Of a stretch of 64,000 bases of DNA, positions 18,679-27,404 are shown piece by piece (the stretch's first letter is position 1; each line of letters opens with the position of its first letter). The position numbers and the translations under genes are program-made. Source of the DNA: Dehalococcoidia bacterium (lineage in GTDB: Bacteria > Chloroflexota > Dehalococcoidia > Lucifugimonadales > UBA3495). Below the pieces are notes generated by a model. The model saw nothing but the letters and a program-made list of their open reading frames with translations, was not told where the DNA came from and did not search any database. Where the stretch lies: assembly GCA_965203975.1 (NCBI GenBank), contig CBDBDT010000001.1, positions 648,029-712,028 on the forward strand, given 5' to 3'.

Positions 18679-19011
18679 CTAGGACGCGGCGGCTTCCTCC
18701 GCCTCGGCTTCCGTTTCCTCGACCTCGGCGACGGACTCTTCTGATTCTTCCGGCTCGGCGCCGTTCAGCTGCGCCAAGACGCCGTCGCGCTCCAGGATGC
18801 GCCGTACCGGATCAGAGGGCTGCGCTCCCTTGCGGAGCCATTCCAAGGCCCGGTCAGCCTTGAGAGTAATCGCCGGGGGATCGACCATCGGGTCATAGTT
18901 GCCAATCCACTCGACGTAGCGGCCGTCCCGGGGGGACTTGGAGTCCGCGACGACGATGCGGTATGACGGGTATTTCTTCTTTCCGACCCTTCTCAGGCGA
19001 ATCCTTAGCAT
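18679..19011 (-). CDS. rpsP: 30S ribosomal protein S16
   Basis: MLRIRLRRVGKKKYPSYRIVVADSKSPRDGRYVEWIGNYDP is a canonical S16 N-terminus, followed by an acidic C-terminal tail. Confidence 0.95.
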   Translation of the reverse strand: MLRIRLRRVGKKKYPSYRIVVADSKSPRDGRYVEWIGNYDPMVDPPAITLKADRALEWLRKGAQPSDPVRRILERDGVLAQLNGAEPEESEESVAEVEETEAEAEEAAAS

Positions 19012-19125
19012 TCAGTCTCCGGCAAAATTTCGTGTAGCGTGTTCCCGGGGGGAACTTATCGGGAAAATCCCGAAAAAGGGATCGGGCCCGGCCTTTTGGG
19101 CACCACCCTTAGAAACTCTGGGTCT

Positions 19126-19242
19126 CAGGGGCGATGGTAGACATTGGCCTGGGCCCGACCGACGGGTTCGCTTATGTGGTCCAAACTAGTTAGGAGCTGG
19201 TCACCCCGTCGTGTCCAGACAGATGCCTACCATCGCCCCTGC
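19126..19242. repeat. 117-nt rod-like inverted repeat / candidate structured RNA or MITE-like element
   Basis: Perfect 15-bp closing stem CAGGGGCGATGGTAG / CTACCATCGCCCCTG. Further inner helices are CAT/ATG, CTGG/CCAG and CGACGGGT/ACC(C)CGTCG. Confidence 0.5.
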
Positions 19243-19503
19243 GTATTAAACTATGTTCCATGCGCTATCACCTCCTTCTTCCAGATTCCCGCCCAGCGGT
19301 TGGAGTATTTTTACTACATGAGGCGAATGGTGTCAAGACAATTTGCCGGTATTGCCGACAGGTTATGATTCTCTCCCCGGTCAGGCACGCCGAGACCGTG
19401 GTGGACCCGGCCCGCGACCCGGCTGACTGGCCCCTGTCTCCGGGGCTTCGGGCTTTGTGGTGATAAGGGGGTTTGCGATGGCAGAATGGGACGGATGGCG
19501 GAC

Positions 19504-20457
19504 ATGCGCCTGATCTTCATGGGCACCCCCGGCTTCGTCATTCCGGTGCTGGAGCCGCTGGTGGACGCTCCCGGAATCTACGTGGTTGCGGTCTACACGC
19601 CGCCGGACCGGCCCCGGGGGAGGGGCCGGTCCGTGGAAATGCCGCCGGTGAAGGAGTATGCGCTGGAGCGCGGCCTGAAGGTGTGCCAGCCGGCCGGGTT
19701 CCGCCGGGAAGAAGCGCGGGAGGAATTGGTATCCTTCCAGCCCGACGTGCTGGTGGTGGCCGCCTACGGAAGGCTGCTGCCCAGGCCGGTGTTGGAGGCT
19801 GCGGCGGGGGGTTGCCTTAACCTGCATCCGTCTTTGCTCCCGAAATACCGGGGCCCCTCGCCGGTGGCAACGGCGATCCGGGACGGAATGGAGTCCACCG
19901 GAGTAACCCTGATGGTGCTGGACGAGGGAATGGACTCCGGGCCGATGATCGCCCAGCGGGAGCATCCCATCGCGCCGACCGACACGGCCGGTTCCCTCAC
20001 CGCGGAGCTCTTCCGGGCCGGAGCCGACCTGTTGCTGGAGAACCTGGACGGGTGGGTCCGGGGAGAAATTACCGCCGTCCCGCAGGACGACGATGCCGCC
20101 ACCCTCACGCAGAAGCTGGAACGCTCCGACGGGGCCGCGGACTGGGGCCTTCCCGCGGGGCAACTGGAACGCCTCCACCGTGCCTACACTCCCTGGCCGG
20201 GACTGTTCACGTCGTGGGACGGCAAGGGCCTGAAGCTGGTGGATGTGGTGGCGCTTCCCGCGTCGGGGGCAACGGATTCCACTTCCGGCGCCGTGGTGGA
20301 ATTGGAGCATTCCGGTATTCCGTGCGGTGTGGTCACGGGTGACGGCATCCTCGGGTTGAGGAGCGTGCAACTGGAAGGGCGACGGGCCTCGGATACGTCC
20401 GATTTTCTGCGGGGATACCCGGCCTTCCTGGGTTCGATCCTGGCGGGCCGGGAGTAA
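19504..20457 (+). CDS. fmt: methionyl-tRNA formyltransferase
   Basis: MRLIFMGTPGF start and NLHPSLLPKYRG motif. Confidence 0.9.
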   Translation: MRLIFMGTPGFVIPVLEPLVDAPGIYVVAVYTPPDRPRGRGRSVEMPPVKEYALERGLKVCQPAGFRREEAREELVSFQPDVLVVAAYGRLLPRPVLEAAAGGCLNLHPSLLPKYRGPSPVATAIRDGMESTGVTLMVLDEGMDSGPMIAQREHPIAPTDTAGSLTAELFRAGADLLLENLDGWVRGEITAVPQDDDAATLTQKLERSDGAADWGLPAGQLERLHRAYTPWPGLFTSWDGKGLKLVDVVALPASGATDSTSGAVVELEHSGIPCGVVTGDGILGLRSVQLEGRRASDTSDFLRGYPAFLGSILAGRE

Positions 20458-20576
20458 TTATCCCGCCGTTGGTTTGTCCGAGGGACGGGTTTACAATGGG
20501 GCGAATCGACACCTTGCCGCCCGGGAGATATGCCTAGAGCGGGAAAAGACCCAACATTACAATTTGGAGGCCTGCC

Positions 20577-21527
20577 ATGACGACCAGGACCATTCCCTCG
20601 GAAGCCCAGGTGCTGGAATGGATGACCTCGTTGAGCAACTGGGGACGCTGGGGCGAGGACGACCAGAAGGGGTGCCTGAACCTGATCACCCCGGCCAAGC
20701 GGACGCAGGCGGCGTCCCTAGTGCAGGATGGAGAAACCGTCAGCTGCGCCCGTCCCATAACCACCGAAATGACCCCCGACGTGACTTTCCAGGTCCAGCG
20801 GTACATGGTGGACAGCGGAGAGGGGCGGGACACCGATCCGCCGGAGCGGAAGCTGGTGCGCCGGGGAGCGTCCGAGTTCATCGGGATGGTCTTCCACGGC
20901 CAGAGCATCACCCACATCGACTCCCTGTCCCATTATTCCTGGCAGGCCAAGCTGTACAATGGCAAGCCCGCCAACCTCATTACCTCCAGGGAGGGTGCAC
21001 AGAGCCACTCCATCGAGGTGGCCTCCGACGGCATCGTTTCCCGGGGCGTGCTGCTGGACATAACCAAGGTCCGCGGGACGAAGTGGCTGGCAACGGATGA
21101 TCCGGTGATGCCGGAGGACCTGGAAGCCGCCGAGGAGCTGGAGGGAGTGAAGGTCGAGGAGGGCGACATTCTCCTGGTGCGAACGGGCAACTACCGGATG
21201 CGCTTGGAGGAAGGCCCCCGCCCCAACACCCAGCCCTTCACCGCCTGCCAGGTGGCCTGCACGCCTTGGTTCAAGGAACGGGGCGTCGCCATGCTGGGCA
21301 CCGACACGTCCAACGACGTGCGCCCCAGCCACTACGCCACCATCACCGCGCCGCTTCACACCGTTTGCCTGGTCACCCTGGGACTGTGGCTCATCGACAA
21401 CGCCAACCTGGAAGAGCTGGCCCTGGCTTGCGAGCGGCGGAACCGCTACGAGTTCATGCTATCCATGGGGCCGTTGAAGCTCCGCAACGTTACTGGAAGC
21501 CCGGTGAATCCCATCGCCATCTTTTAA
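20577..21527 (+). CDS. cyclase family protein (kynurenine-formamidase-like fold)
   Basis: HGQSITHIDSLSH metal-binding motif (HxxxxTHxDxxxH). SD GGAGG. Confidence 0.8.
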   Translation: MTTRTIPSEAQVLEWMTSLSNWGRWGEDDQKGCLNLITPAKRTQAASLVQDGETVSCARPITTEMTPDVTFQVQRYMVDSGEGRDTDPPERKLVRRGASEFIGMVFHGQSITHIDSLSHYSWQAKLYNGKPANLITSREGAQSHSIEVASDGIVSRGVLLDITKVRGTKWLATDDPVMPEDLEAAEELEGVKVEEGDILLVRTGNYRMRLEEGPRPNTQPFTACQVACTPWFKERGVAMLGTDTSNDVRPSHYATITAPLHTVCLVTLGLWLIDNANLEELALACERRNRYEFMLSMGPLKLRNVTGSPVNPIAIF

Positions 21528-21558
21528 TCAACGGAAGGGTCAGGACTGGCAAAAGTAG

Positions 21559-21593
21559 AGGGGAGTCCAGCAACGGACTCCCCTGTTGTGTTT
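21559..21593. terminator. rho-independent terminator between convergent cyclase and htpX genes
   Basis: AGGGGAGTCC-AGCAAC-GGACTCCCCT 10-bp stem followed by GTTGTGTTT. An A-run precedes it (bidirectional). Confidence 0.6.
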
Positions 21594-21613
21594 GGCGGTC
21601 CAGCCGGGGTGGC

Positions 21614-22465
21614 TCAGAAGTTGGGGCGCATGTTGCGTAGGCGGCGGGCCCGCTCCTCGATGGGCGGATGGGTGGAAAACAAGCCGCTGAGTGTCTTGCC
21701 CCGCAGGGGGTTGACGATGAACAGGTGGGAGGCTGCTTCCGACACCTGCATGGGACGCATCTCGGCGCCCATTTCCAGCTTCTCCAGGGCCCGGGCTAGG
21801 GCTTCCGGGTTGCCCGATGTCTTGGCTCCGGTGGCGTCGGCCTGGAACTCCCGCGCCCGGGAGATGGCCAGGCGGATGACCGTCGCTGCCAGCGGCATGA
21901 CGATGGCCACTATCAGGAGCCCGATGATTCCGCCGCCGCCCCGGTCCCGTCCGCCGTGCATTCCGCCGAAAATGGCGGAAAACTGGGCGATCATGGCCAG
22001 CATGGATATGGCCCCGGCGATGGTGGCAACCACCGACATTATCAGGGTGTCCCGGTTGCCGACGTGGGCCATTTCGTGGGCCATCACCGCGCCCAACTCC
22101 TCCCGGGTGAGCAGCCGACGGATTCCCGTCGTGGCGGCCACCGCCGCGTTCTGGGGGTTGCGGCCGGTGGCGAAGGCGTTGGGAGAGGCGCTGTCAATCT
22201 CGTAGACCCGGGGCATCGGCAGCCCGGCCAGGGAAGCCTGCTCGGCCACCAGCCCCCACAGCTCCGGGTCATCATCCTGGGTGACGGGCTTGGCGTGGGC
22301 CATTGAAAGGGCGATCTTGTCGCTGAACCAATAGGCCCCGACGTTCATAATCAGGGCGAATCCGAGGGCCAGGATTATTCCCAGTTCTCCGCCGAAGATG
22401 CCGCCGATCATCAGCAGCAGGCCGGTCAGTACCATCAGCAGGAAGAAGGTCTTGACGGTGTTCAT
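21614..22465 (-). CDS. htpX: zinc metalloprotease HtpX (M48)
   Basis: HEMAHVGNRD motif with N-terminal TM helices. Start at ATG 22465 (MNTVKTFFLL). Confidence 0.9.
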   Translation of the reverse strand: MNTVKTFFLLMVLTGLLLMIGGIFGGELGIILALGFALIMNVGAYWFSDKIALSMAHAKPVTQDDDPELWGLVAEQASLAGLPMPRVYEIDSASPNAFATGRNPQNAAVAATTGIRRLLTREELGAVMAHEMAHVGNRDTLIMSVVATIAGAISMLAMIAQFSAIFGGMHGGRDRGGGGIIGLLIVAIVMPLAATVIRLAISRAREFQADATGAKTSGNPEALARALEKLEMGAEMRPMQVSEAASHLFIVNPLRGKTLSGLFSTHPPIEERARRLRNMRPNF

Positions 22466-22631
22466 TCGATTGTCGCTCCAATAAGGGAGAGGGTTGTCCG
22501 GTTCTTCCGGTCGGGAAGGGCTGGACGCGGCTCGGACAGCGGGCCAGCGAGCGTCCATCCTCTTCGTCAATTATATCACCGGGGAATCTTCTGCCGGTTG
22601 ATTCCTCCGTTCCCCGGTGCGGCTGTTTTCG

Positions 22632-22660
22632 TTGACACCTCCGGCGGTCGATGATACATT
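22632..22660 (+). promoter_or_regulatory. sigma-70-like promoter candidate upstream of etfBA
   Basis: TTGACA - 17 nt - TACATT, about 60 nt upstream of the etfB start. Confidence 0.4.
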
Positions 22661-22722
22661 CCCCTTACCAACGTCCGTGCTCTCACGGACGGCTATTTTT
22701 GTCGCCTTTCGGAGGATCAGCC

Positions 22723-23523
22723 ATGCCGGTCAACATCGGCGTTCTGGCCAAGCAGGTCATTGACCCGGAAATGCCCATGGCGGCGTTCCAGATCGACAGC
22801 GCGGCCAAGCGGGTGGTGACCCCGCCCAATATTCCCCCGGTGGTCAACGGCTTCGACGAGAACGCAGTGGAAGCCGCCCTCCAGATCAAGGACGCCCAGG
22901 AAGCCACGGTGACGGTCATTTCCGCCGGCTCCAGCTTTGCCCTGGACGTGATGAAGAAGCCTCTGTCCATGGGGGCGGATGAGCTGGTCCTGCTCCAGGA
23001 CGACGCCTTCGAGAACACCATCGACAGCTTCTTCACCGCCCAGCTCCTGGCGGCGGCCATCAAGAAGCTGGGCGGCTTCGACCTCATCATCTGCGGACGC
23101 CAGGCTTCCGACTGGGACAACGCCCAGGTCCCCCTGGGCGTGGCCGAAATCCTGGGAATGTCCTGCGTTGCCCTGGGACGCAAGGTAACCGTTGACGGCG
23201 ACAAGGTCACTGTGGAACGGCTGATTCCCGACGGATACGAGGTTGTAGAAGCTCCGCTGCCGGCCCTGGTAACCGTGAGCAACGAGCTGGGCCAGCCCCG
23301 CTATCCGACCCTGCGTGGCATCATGGCGGCCACCCGCAAGCGCCCCACCATCTGGGCTGCGGGAGACCTGGAAGCCGATGCCGGACAACTGGAGCCGCGC
23401 ATAACGCTCCATGACCTGTTCGTCCCCCAGCGCACCCAGGAATGCGAGATCATCGAGGGCGACGACGAGGCCGACGCGGCCCGCCAGTTGGCATTGCGGC
23501 TGCGGGAAGACAAGCTCATCTAG
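22723..23523 (+). CDS. etfB: electron transfer flavoprotein beta subunit
   Basis: MPVNIGVLAKQVIDPE... pattern, ~266 aa, followed by etfA. Confidence 0.9.
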   Translation: MPVNIGVLAKQVIDPEMPMAAFQIDSAAKRVVTPPNIPPVVNGFDENAVEAALQIKDAQEATVTVISAGSSFALDVMKKPLSMGADELVLLQDDAFENTIDSFFTAQLLAAAIKKLGGFDLIICGRQASDWDNAQVPLGVAEILGMSCVALGRKVTVDGDKVTVERLIPDGYEVVEAPLPALVTVSNELGQPRYPTLRGIMAATRKRPTIWAAGDLEADAGQLEPRITLHDLFVPQRTQECEIIEGDDEADAARQLALRLREDKLI

Positions 23524-23630
23524 GCACTGGACCATTCTAGGTAGTCCTGGATTCGATTGACCAGCCGCGCCGACGCTGTCCCGTCCGGCGCCCAACCCCA
23601 TCCACGAAGAAGTGAATCACGGAGGGACCA

Positions 23631-24623
23631 ATGGCTCAGGGAGTCCTGGTTTTGGAAGGACTGACCGGCGGCGAGCTCAGCCTGACCGCCAGGGAGATTC
23701 TGGCGGCGGGACGCGGCGTTGCGGACGCGCTGGGCGAGGAATTGTCCATCGGGCTGCTGGGAAGTTCTCCCGAAGCCGCTGCCCAGGAGGCAATCAGCCA
23801 CGGCGCCGACAGAGTATACCTGGTAACGAGCCCGGCCTTGGACGCCTACCAGGTTGACCTGTGCCTGTCTGCCATGGAGTCCCTGTGCCGCGAGGCCGAT
23901 CCCAGCGTCGTTCTAATCGGACGTACCAACGAGGGCCGGGAAATAGCTCCCCGCCTCGCCTTCCGCCTGGGAGTCGGTCTGGCCCAGGACTGCCTGGAGG
24001 TCTCGGTGGACACCGCCACGGGCAAGCTGCTCGCCAACCGTCCCGTGTACGGCGGCAACGCCGTCGCCGTGGTGAGCTGCAACTATACCCCCCAGGTAGC
24101 GGCCGTCCGCCCCAAGGTCTACGAGCCGCTGGAGCCGGATGCCAGACGCTCCGGCGACACCGTATCCTTCCCCGTGGACCTGGACGCGGGGATGGCCAAG
24201 GCCACTCTCGTGGACACCGTCATGGAGGAGTCGGAAGGCATTAAGCTGGAGGACGCCCGCATCGTGGTGTCTGGCGGCCGGGGGCTGGGAGGACCCGATC
24301 CCTTCAAGGATCTGGAGGAACTGGCCGGTCTGCTGGGAGCCGGCGTCGGTGCCTCCCGCGCCGCCGTCGACTCGGGCTGGGTCCCGGCCAGCTACCAGGT
24401 CGGTCTCACCGGCAAGACCATCACTCCCGACCTGTACATCACCGTTGCCATCTCCGGCGCCAGCCAGCACATGGCCGGCTGCTCCGGCTCCAAGGTCATA
24501 GTTGCCATCAACAAGGACGCCGAGGCCAACATCTTCAAGGAAGCCCGCTATGGCGTCGTCGGCGACTGGGAGAAGGTCCTGCCCGCCCTGACGGAGACGG
24601 TGCGGGAGTTGACGCAAGAGTAG
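23631..24623 (+). CDS. etfA: electron transfer flavoprotein alpha subunit
   Basis: C-terminal FAD-binding pattern VSGGRGLG...[11 protein letters not shown]...[25 protein letters not shown]. Confidence 0.9.
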   Translation: MAQGVLVLEGLTGGELSLTAREILAAGRGVADALGEELSIGLLGSSPEAAAQEAISHGADRVYLVTSPALDAYQVDLCLSAMESLCREADPSVVLIGRTNEGREIAPRLAFRLGVGLAQDCLEVSVDTATGKLLANRPVYGGNAVAVVSCNYTPQVAAVRPKVYEPLEPDARRSGDTVSFPVDLDAGMAKATLVDTVMEESEGIKLEDARIVVSGGRGLGGPDPFKDLEELAGLLGAGVGASRAAVDSGWVPASYQVGLTGKTITPDLYITVAISGASQHMAGCSGSKVIVAINKDAEANIFKEARYGVVGDWEKVLPALTETVRELTQE

Positions 24624-24694
24624 GCGATCCCATAGGTATTTCCCAAAGCTTTTGGTTGTGAGCGTGCCCGCACACGAATCGTTAGGATGGATTC

Positions 24695-26461
24695 ATGGAA
24701 GCTAACATCTTGACCTTACAAACTTTGTTTGGCTCTGATGTGTCATATCGCATACCCCAATTCCAACGCCCCTATGCTTGGAAAAAGGATGATCAGTGGA
24801 AGCCTCTTTGGGAAGACGTGCACAACCTCACTGGAACCATCCTGTCCCGGCCAGACCGGAAAGTGCCACCGCATTTTATGGGTGCAATAGTTTTGCAGAG
24901 TCAAGAGAGTGGTACGGGAGAAGTAGTGAAGCGGATTGTGGTAGATGGCCAACAACGTCTTACCACGCTCCAACTCCTCATTCGGGCAGCTCAGGACGCT
25001 TTCCAAAGCCTGAATGATACTGAAAGGGCTAACAGATTGTCTGAATTAACCCTTAATACCGAAGACCATTGGGGAGGCGACTCAGATAACCAGACCAAAA
25101 TCCGCCAGTCTAACCTCAACGACCAACGGGCCTTTCAAGAGGCGATTCGAGGCTCTAGTGATGGACATGGGTCGCTGCGGGCCATCGGTGAAGCGTTCGA
25201 GTATTTTAAGGGAGTAGTAATGGAATGGCTGAACGAGGAACCAGCTATCAGGGTCGGCCGTTCTAATGCCTTGGAAGAAGCCCTCACTAAGTATCTGCAA
25301 ATCGCAGCCATAGATTTGGATGATGGAGAAAAACCGCACTTTATCTTCGCCGTCCTAAACACCCGTGCTGAACCTTTGAAAGAGTCCGACCACATCAAAA
25401 ATACTGTAATGTATGAAGCCGACGTCATTGATGACGCCCATAAAGCCGGCGAATTGTGGGGGATGTTCGACAACAATGATTGGTGGCGCCAAGAAACTAA
25501 AGAAGGACGACTGAACCGCATCCATCTGGACAGATTTCTCAATTATTGGATTGTCGTCCGGACGCAAGAGGACATTACATCGGATCGCGTGTCGGCTCGA
25601 TTCAGCAGTTATGTTGAATCTGCCCGTTCATCAATCGAGGACATTACGGCAGATATCCGCAAGGCTGGTTTGATATACCAGGATATGGAGGAAGCTCGAT
25701 ACCCGGGCATAGAAACTTTCCTGCGTCGAATGAAGACCATGGAGCTTGGCGCGGTTATGCCTCCACTTCTGTGGCTCTACACGAACGAAGTTCCAGAGGA
25801 AGAACGGAACAGGAGCATCAAGGCGCTAGAGAGTTTTCTTGTCAGGCGCATGCTCTGCGGACTTGGTTCTCAAGGACTCAACAGGCTATTCATCGAACTT
25901 GTCGGCAGGCTGGAGGCAAGGGGAGCCGACCGCGTTGATGAGAGTCTGGTCGGCTTTCTCAACAGGCAAACCGTCGAAAATCGCATTTGGCCCAAAGATG
26001 GGCTTCTAGCAGAAAACCTTATTCAAAAACCTCTACGGGGTAGCACAAGCCGACAAAGGATGGTTTTGGAAGCCATCGAGATCGCTATGAGAAGCGACAA
26101 GACCAATGTCTTCGAGCAATTTCGGAACCTCACCATCGAACACTTAATGCCCCAATCATGGGAACGTAACTGGCCATTGCCACAAGATGTCTCCGATAGA
26201 AACGAGGCTTCGGAAGTCAGGAACCGCGCCATCAAGGAAATCGGGAATTTGACGCTGGTTACTGATAAATTGAATCCGAGCCTTTCCAACGATCCGTGGG
26301 GAAAGAAAAAGGAGACTCTTGCCCAACATACAGCGCTTCGCTTGAATTGGGAATTGCTTAACCCTGATCCTGAGGTGTGGGACGAGGAGGCTATATATGC
26401 GCGTAGCGAGGAGTTACACGGAAGAATTCTAAAGATTTGGCCTCATGCCGACCTACTCTAG
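24695..26461 (+). CDS. DUF262/DUF1524 protein, GmrSD-like (putative modification-dependent type IV restriction nuclease)
   Basis: N-terminal QFQRPYAW and VVDGQQRLTTL (DUF262/ParB-like). C-terminal TIEHLMPQS ... GNLTLVTDKLNPSLSN (DUF1524 His-Me finger). The gene is visibly AT-richer than its flanks. Confidence 0.85.
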   Translation: MEANILTLQTLFGSDVSYRIPQFQRPYAWKKDDQWKPLWEDVHNLTGTILSRPDRKVPPHFMGAIVLQSQESGTGEVVKRIVVDGQQRLTTLQLLIRAAQDAFQSLNDTERANRLSELTLNTEDHWGGDSDNQTKIRQSNLNDQRAFQEAIRGSSDGHGSLRAIGEAFEYFKGVVMEWLNEEPAIRVGRSNALEEALTKYLQIAAIDLDDGEKPHFIFAVLNTRAEPLKESDHIKNTVMYEADVIDDAHKAGELWGMFDNNDWWRQETKEGRLNRIHLDRFLNYWIVVRTQEDITSDRVSARFSSYVESARSSIEDITADIRKAGLIYQDMEEARYPGIETFLRRMKTMELGAVMPPLLWLYTNEVPEEERNRSIKALESFLVRRMLCGLGSQGLNRLFIELVGRLEARGADRVDESLVGFLNRQTVENRIWPKDGLLAENLIQKPLRGSTSRQRMVLEAIEIAMRSDKTNVFEQFRNLTIEHLMPQSWERNWPLPQDVSDRNEASEVRNRAIKEIGNLTLVTDKLNPSLSNDPWGKKKETLAQHTALRLNWELLNPDPEVWDEEAIYARSEELHGRILKIWPHADLL

Positions 26462-26541
26462 TCCAGATTTGGCGCAATCGAACTCTGAGCTGGTCAGATT
26501 ATCCTCCGCGTGTGACAGGCGTGGCGAAATAACCTCACCGC

Positions 26542-27378
26542 CTACCCCAACACCACGTTGTCGATCAGCCGCACGCCGCCGATCCGGACGGCGGTCAGAG
26601 CCATTGCTCCCAGGATGGCAGTTTCCAGTTCAATGAAGCTGCCGGTATCGACGACGGCCACATAGTCCACGCCTTCAACCGACGGCTCCGAGCGGAGCAG
26701 CTCCAGCACCCTTTCCTGTAACTCCGGGACGCTGATTATTCCTGACTTCCAGGCGGATTCCAGGGCCGACAGCGCCCGGTACACGACCGGCGCGGCCTGC
26801 CGTTGGTCCGGGGTGAGGTAGGCGTTGCGGCTGCTCATGGCGAGGCCGTCGGGTTCCCGGACCGTGGGGCACACGATTATCTCAGGCCCCAGGTCCAGGT
26901 CCCGGGTCAATTGCTTGATGACCGCCGCCTGCTGCCCGTCCTTCTGTCCGAAGTAGGCCCGGTCGGGCCGGACAATGCTCAACAGCTTGCAGACCACCGT
27001 CGCCACTCCCCGGAAATGCCCGGGGCGCACCGCTCCCTCCAGCTTCTCCCCGATTTCGCCCACGTCCACCCAGGTGGCAAATCCGGCTGGGTACAGTGAT
27101 TCCGGCGTCGGGGTGAAGACCAGGTCAACCCCTTCCCCGGCGAGCAGTTCCAGGTCTCGGGGCAGGTCCCGGGGATAGGCTGCCAGGTCCTCGCCGGGCC
27201 CGAATTGGGTGGGGTTGACGAATATGGTGGCCGCCGCCGTTAAGTTTTCCGACCTCGCCCGCCGCACCAGGGAAAGGTGGCCTTCGTGGAGGGCCCCCAT
27301 GGTCGGCACTAGGCCCAACGGCCTTTCCGCATTGGCGCAGGCAGCCGCCATCTCCCCAGTGTCGCTGATGACCCGCAT
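26542..27378 (-). CDS. panC: pantoate--beta-alanine ligase
   Basis: PTMGALHEGHLSLV HIGH-type motif. 278 aa. Confidence 0.95.
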   Translation of the reverse strand: MRVISDTGEMAAACANAERPLGLVPTMGALHEGHLSLVRRARSENLTAAATIFVNPTQFGPGEDLAAYPRDLPRDLELLAGEGVDLVFTPTPESLYPAGFATWVDVGEIGEKLEGAVRPGHFRGVATVVCKLLSIVRPDRAYFGQKDGQQAAVIKQLTRDLDLGPEIIVCPTVREPDGLAMSSRNAYLTPDQRQAAPVVYRALSALESAWKSGIISVPELQERVLELLRSEPSVEGVDYVAVVDTGSFIELETAILGAMALTAVRIGGVRLIDNVVLG

Positions 27379-27404
27379 CGCGCTAGGTCCCGACCATGAC
27401 GGGG

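Noticed and set aside
19126-19242. Large hairpin tested as tRNA-Sec, ordinary tRNA or SRP (4.5S) RNA
   Set aside because: On either strand it lacks an anticodon-loop context with UCA, a T-loop GGTTCGA-type motif in the right place, and a CCA-adjacent acceptor geometry. It also has no GGAA tetraloop or the AGCAGC-type domain IV motifs of SRP RNA. It is kept only as an unclassified structured element.
19144-19368. 74-aa plus-strand ORF overlapping the large hairpin
   Set aside because: It has no SD, an odd composition (W/R/Y-rich), and it spans the palindrome, so it is probably fortuitous.
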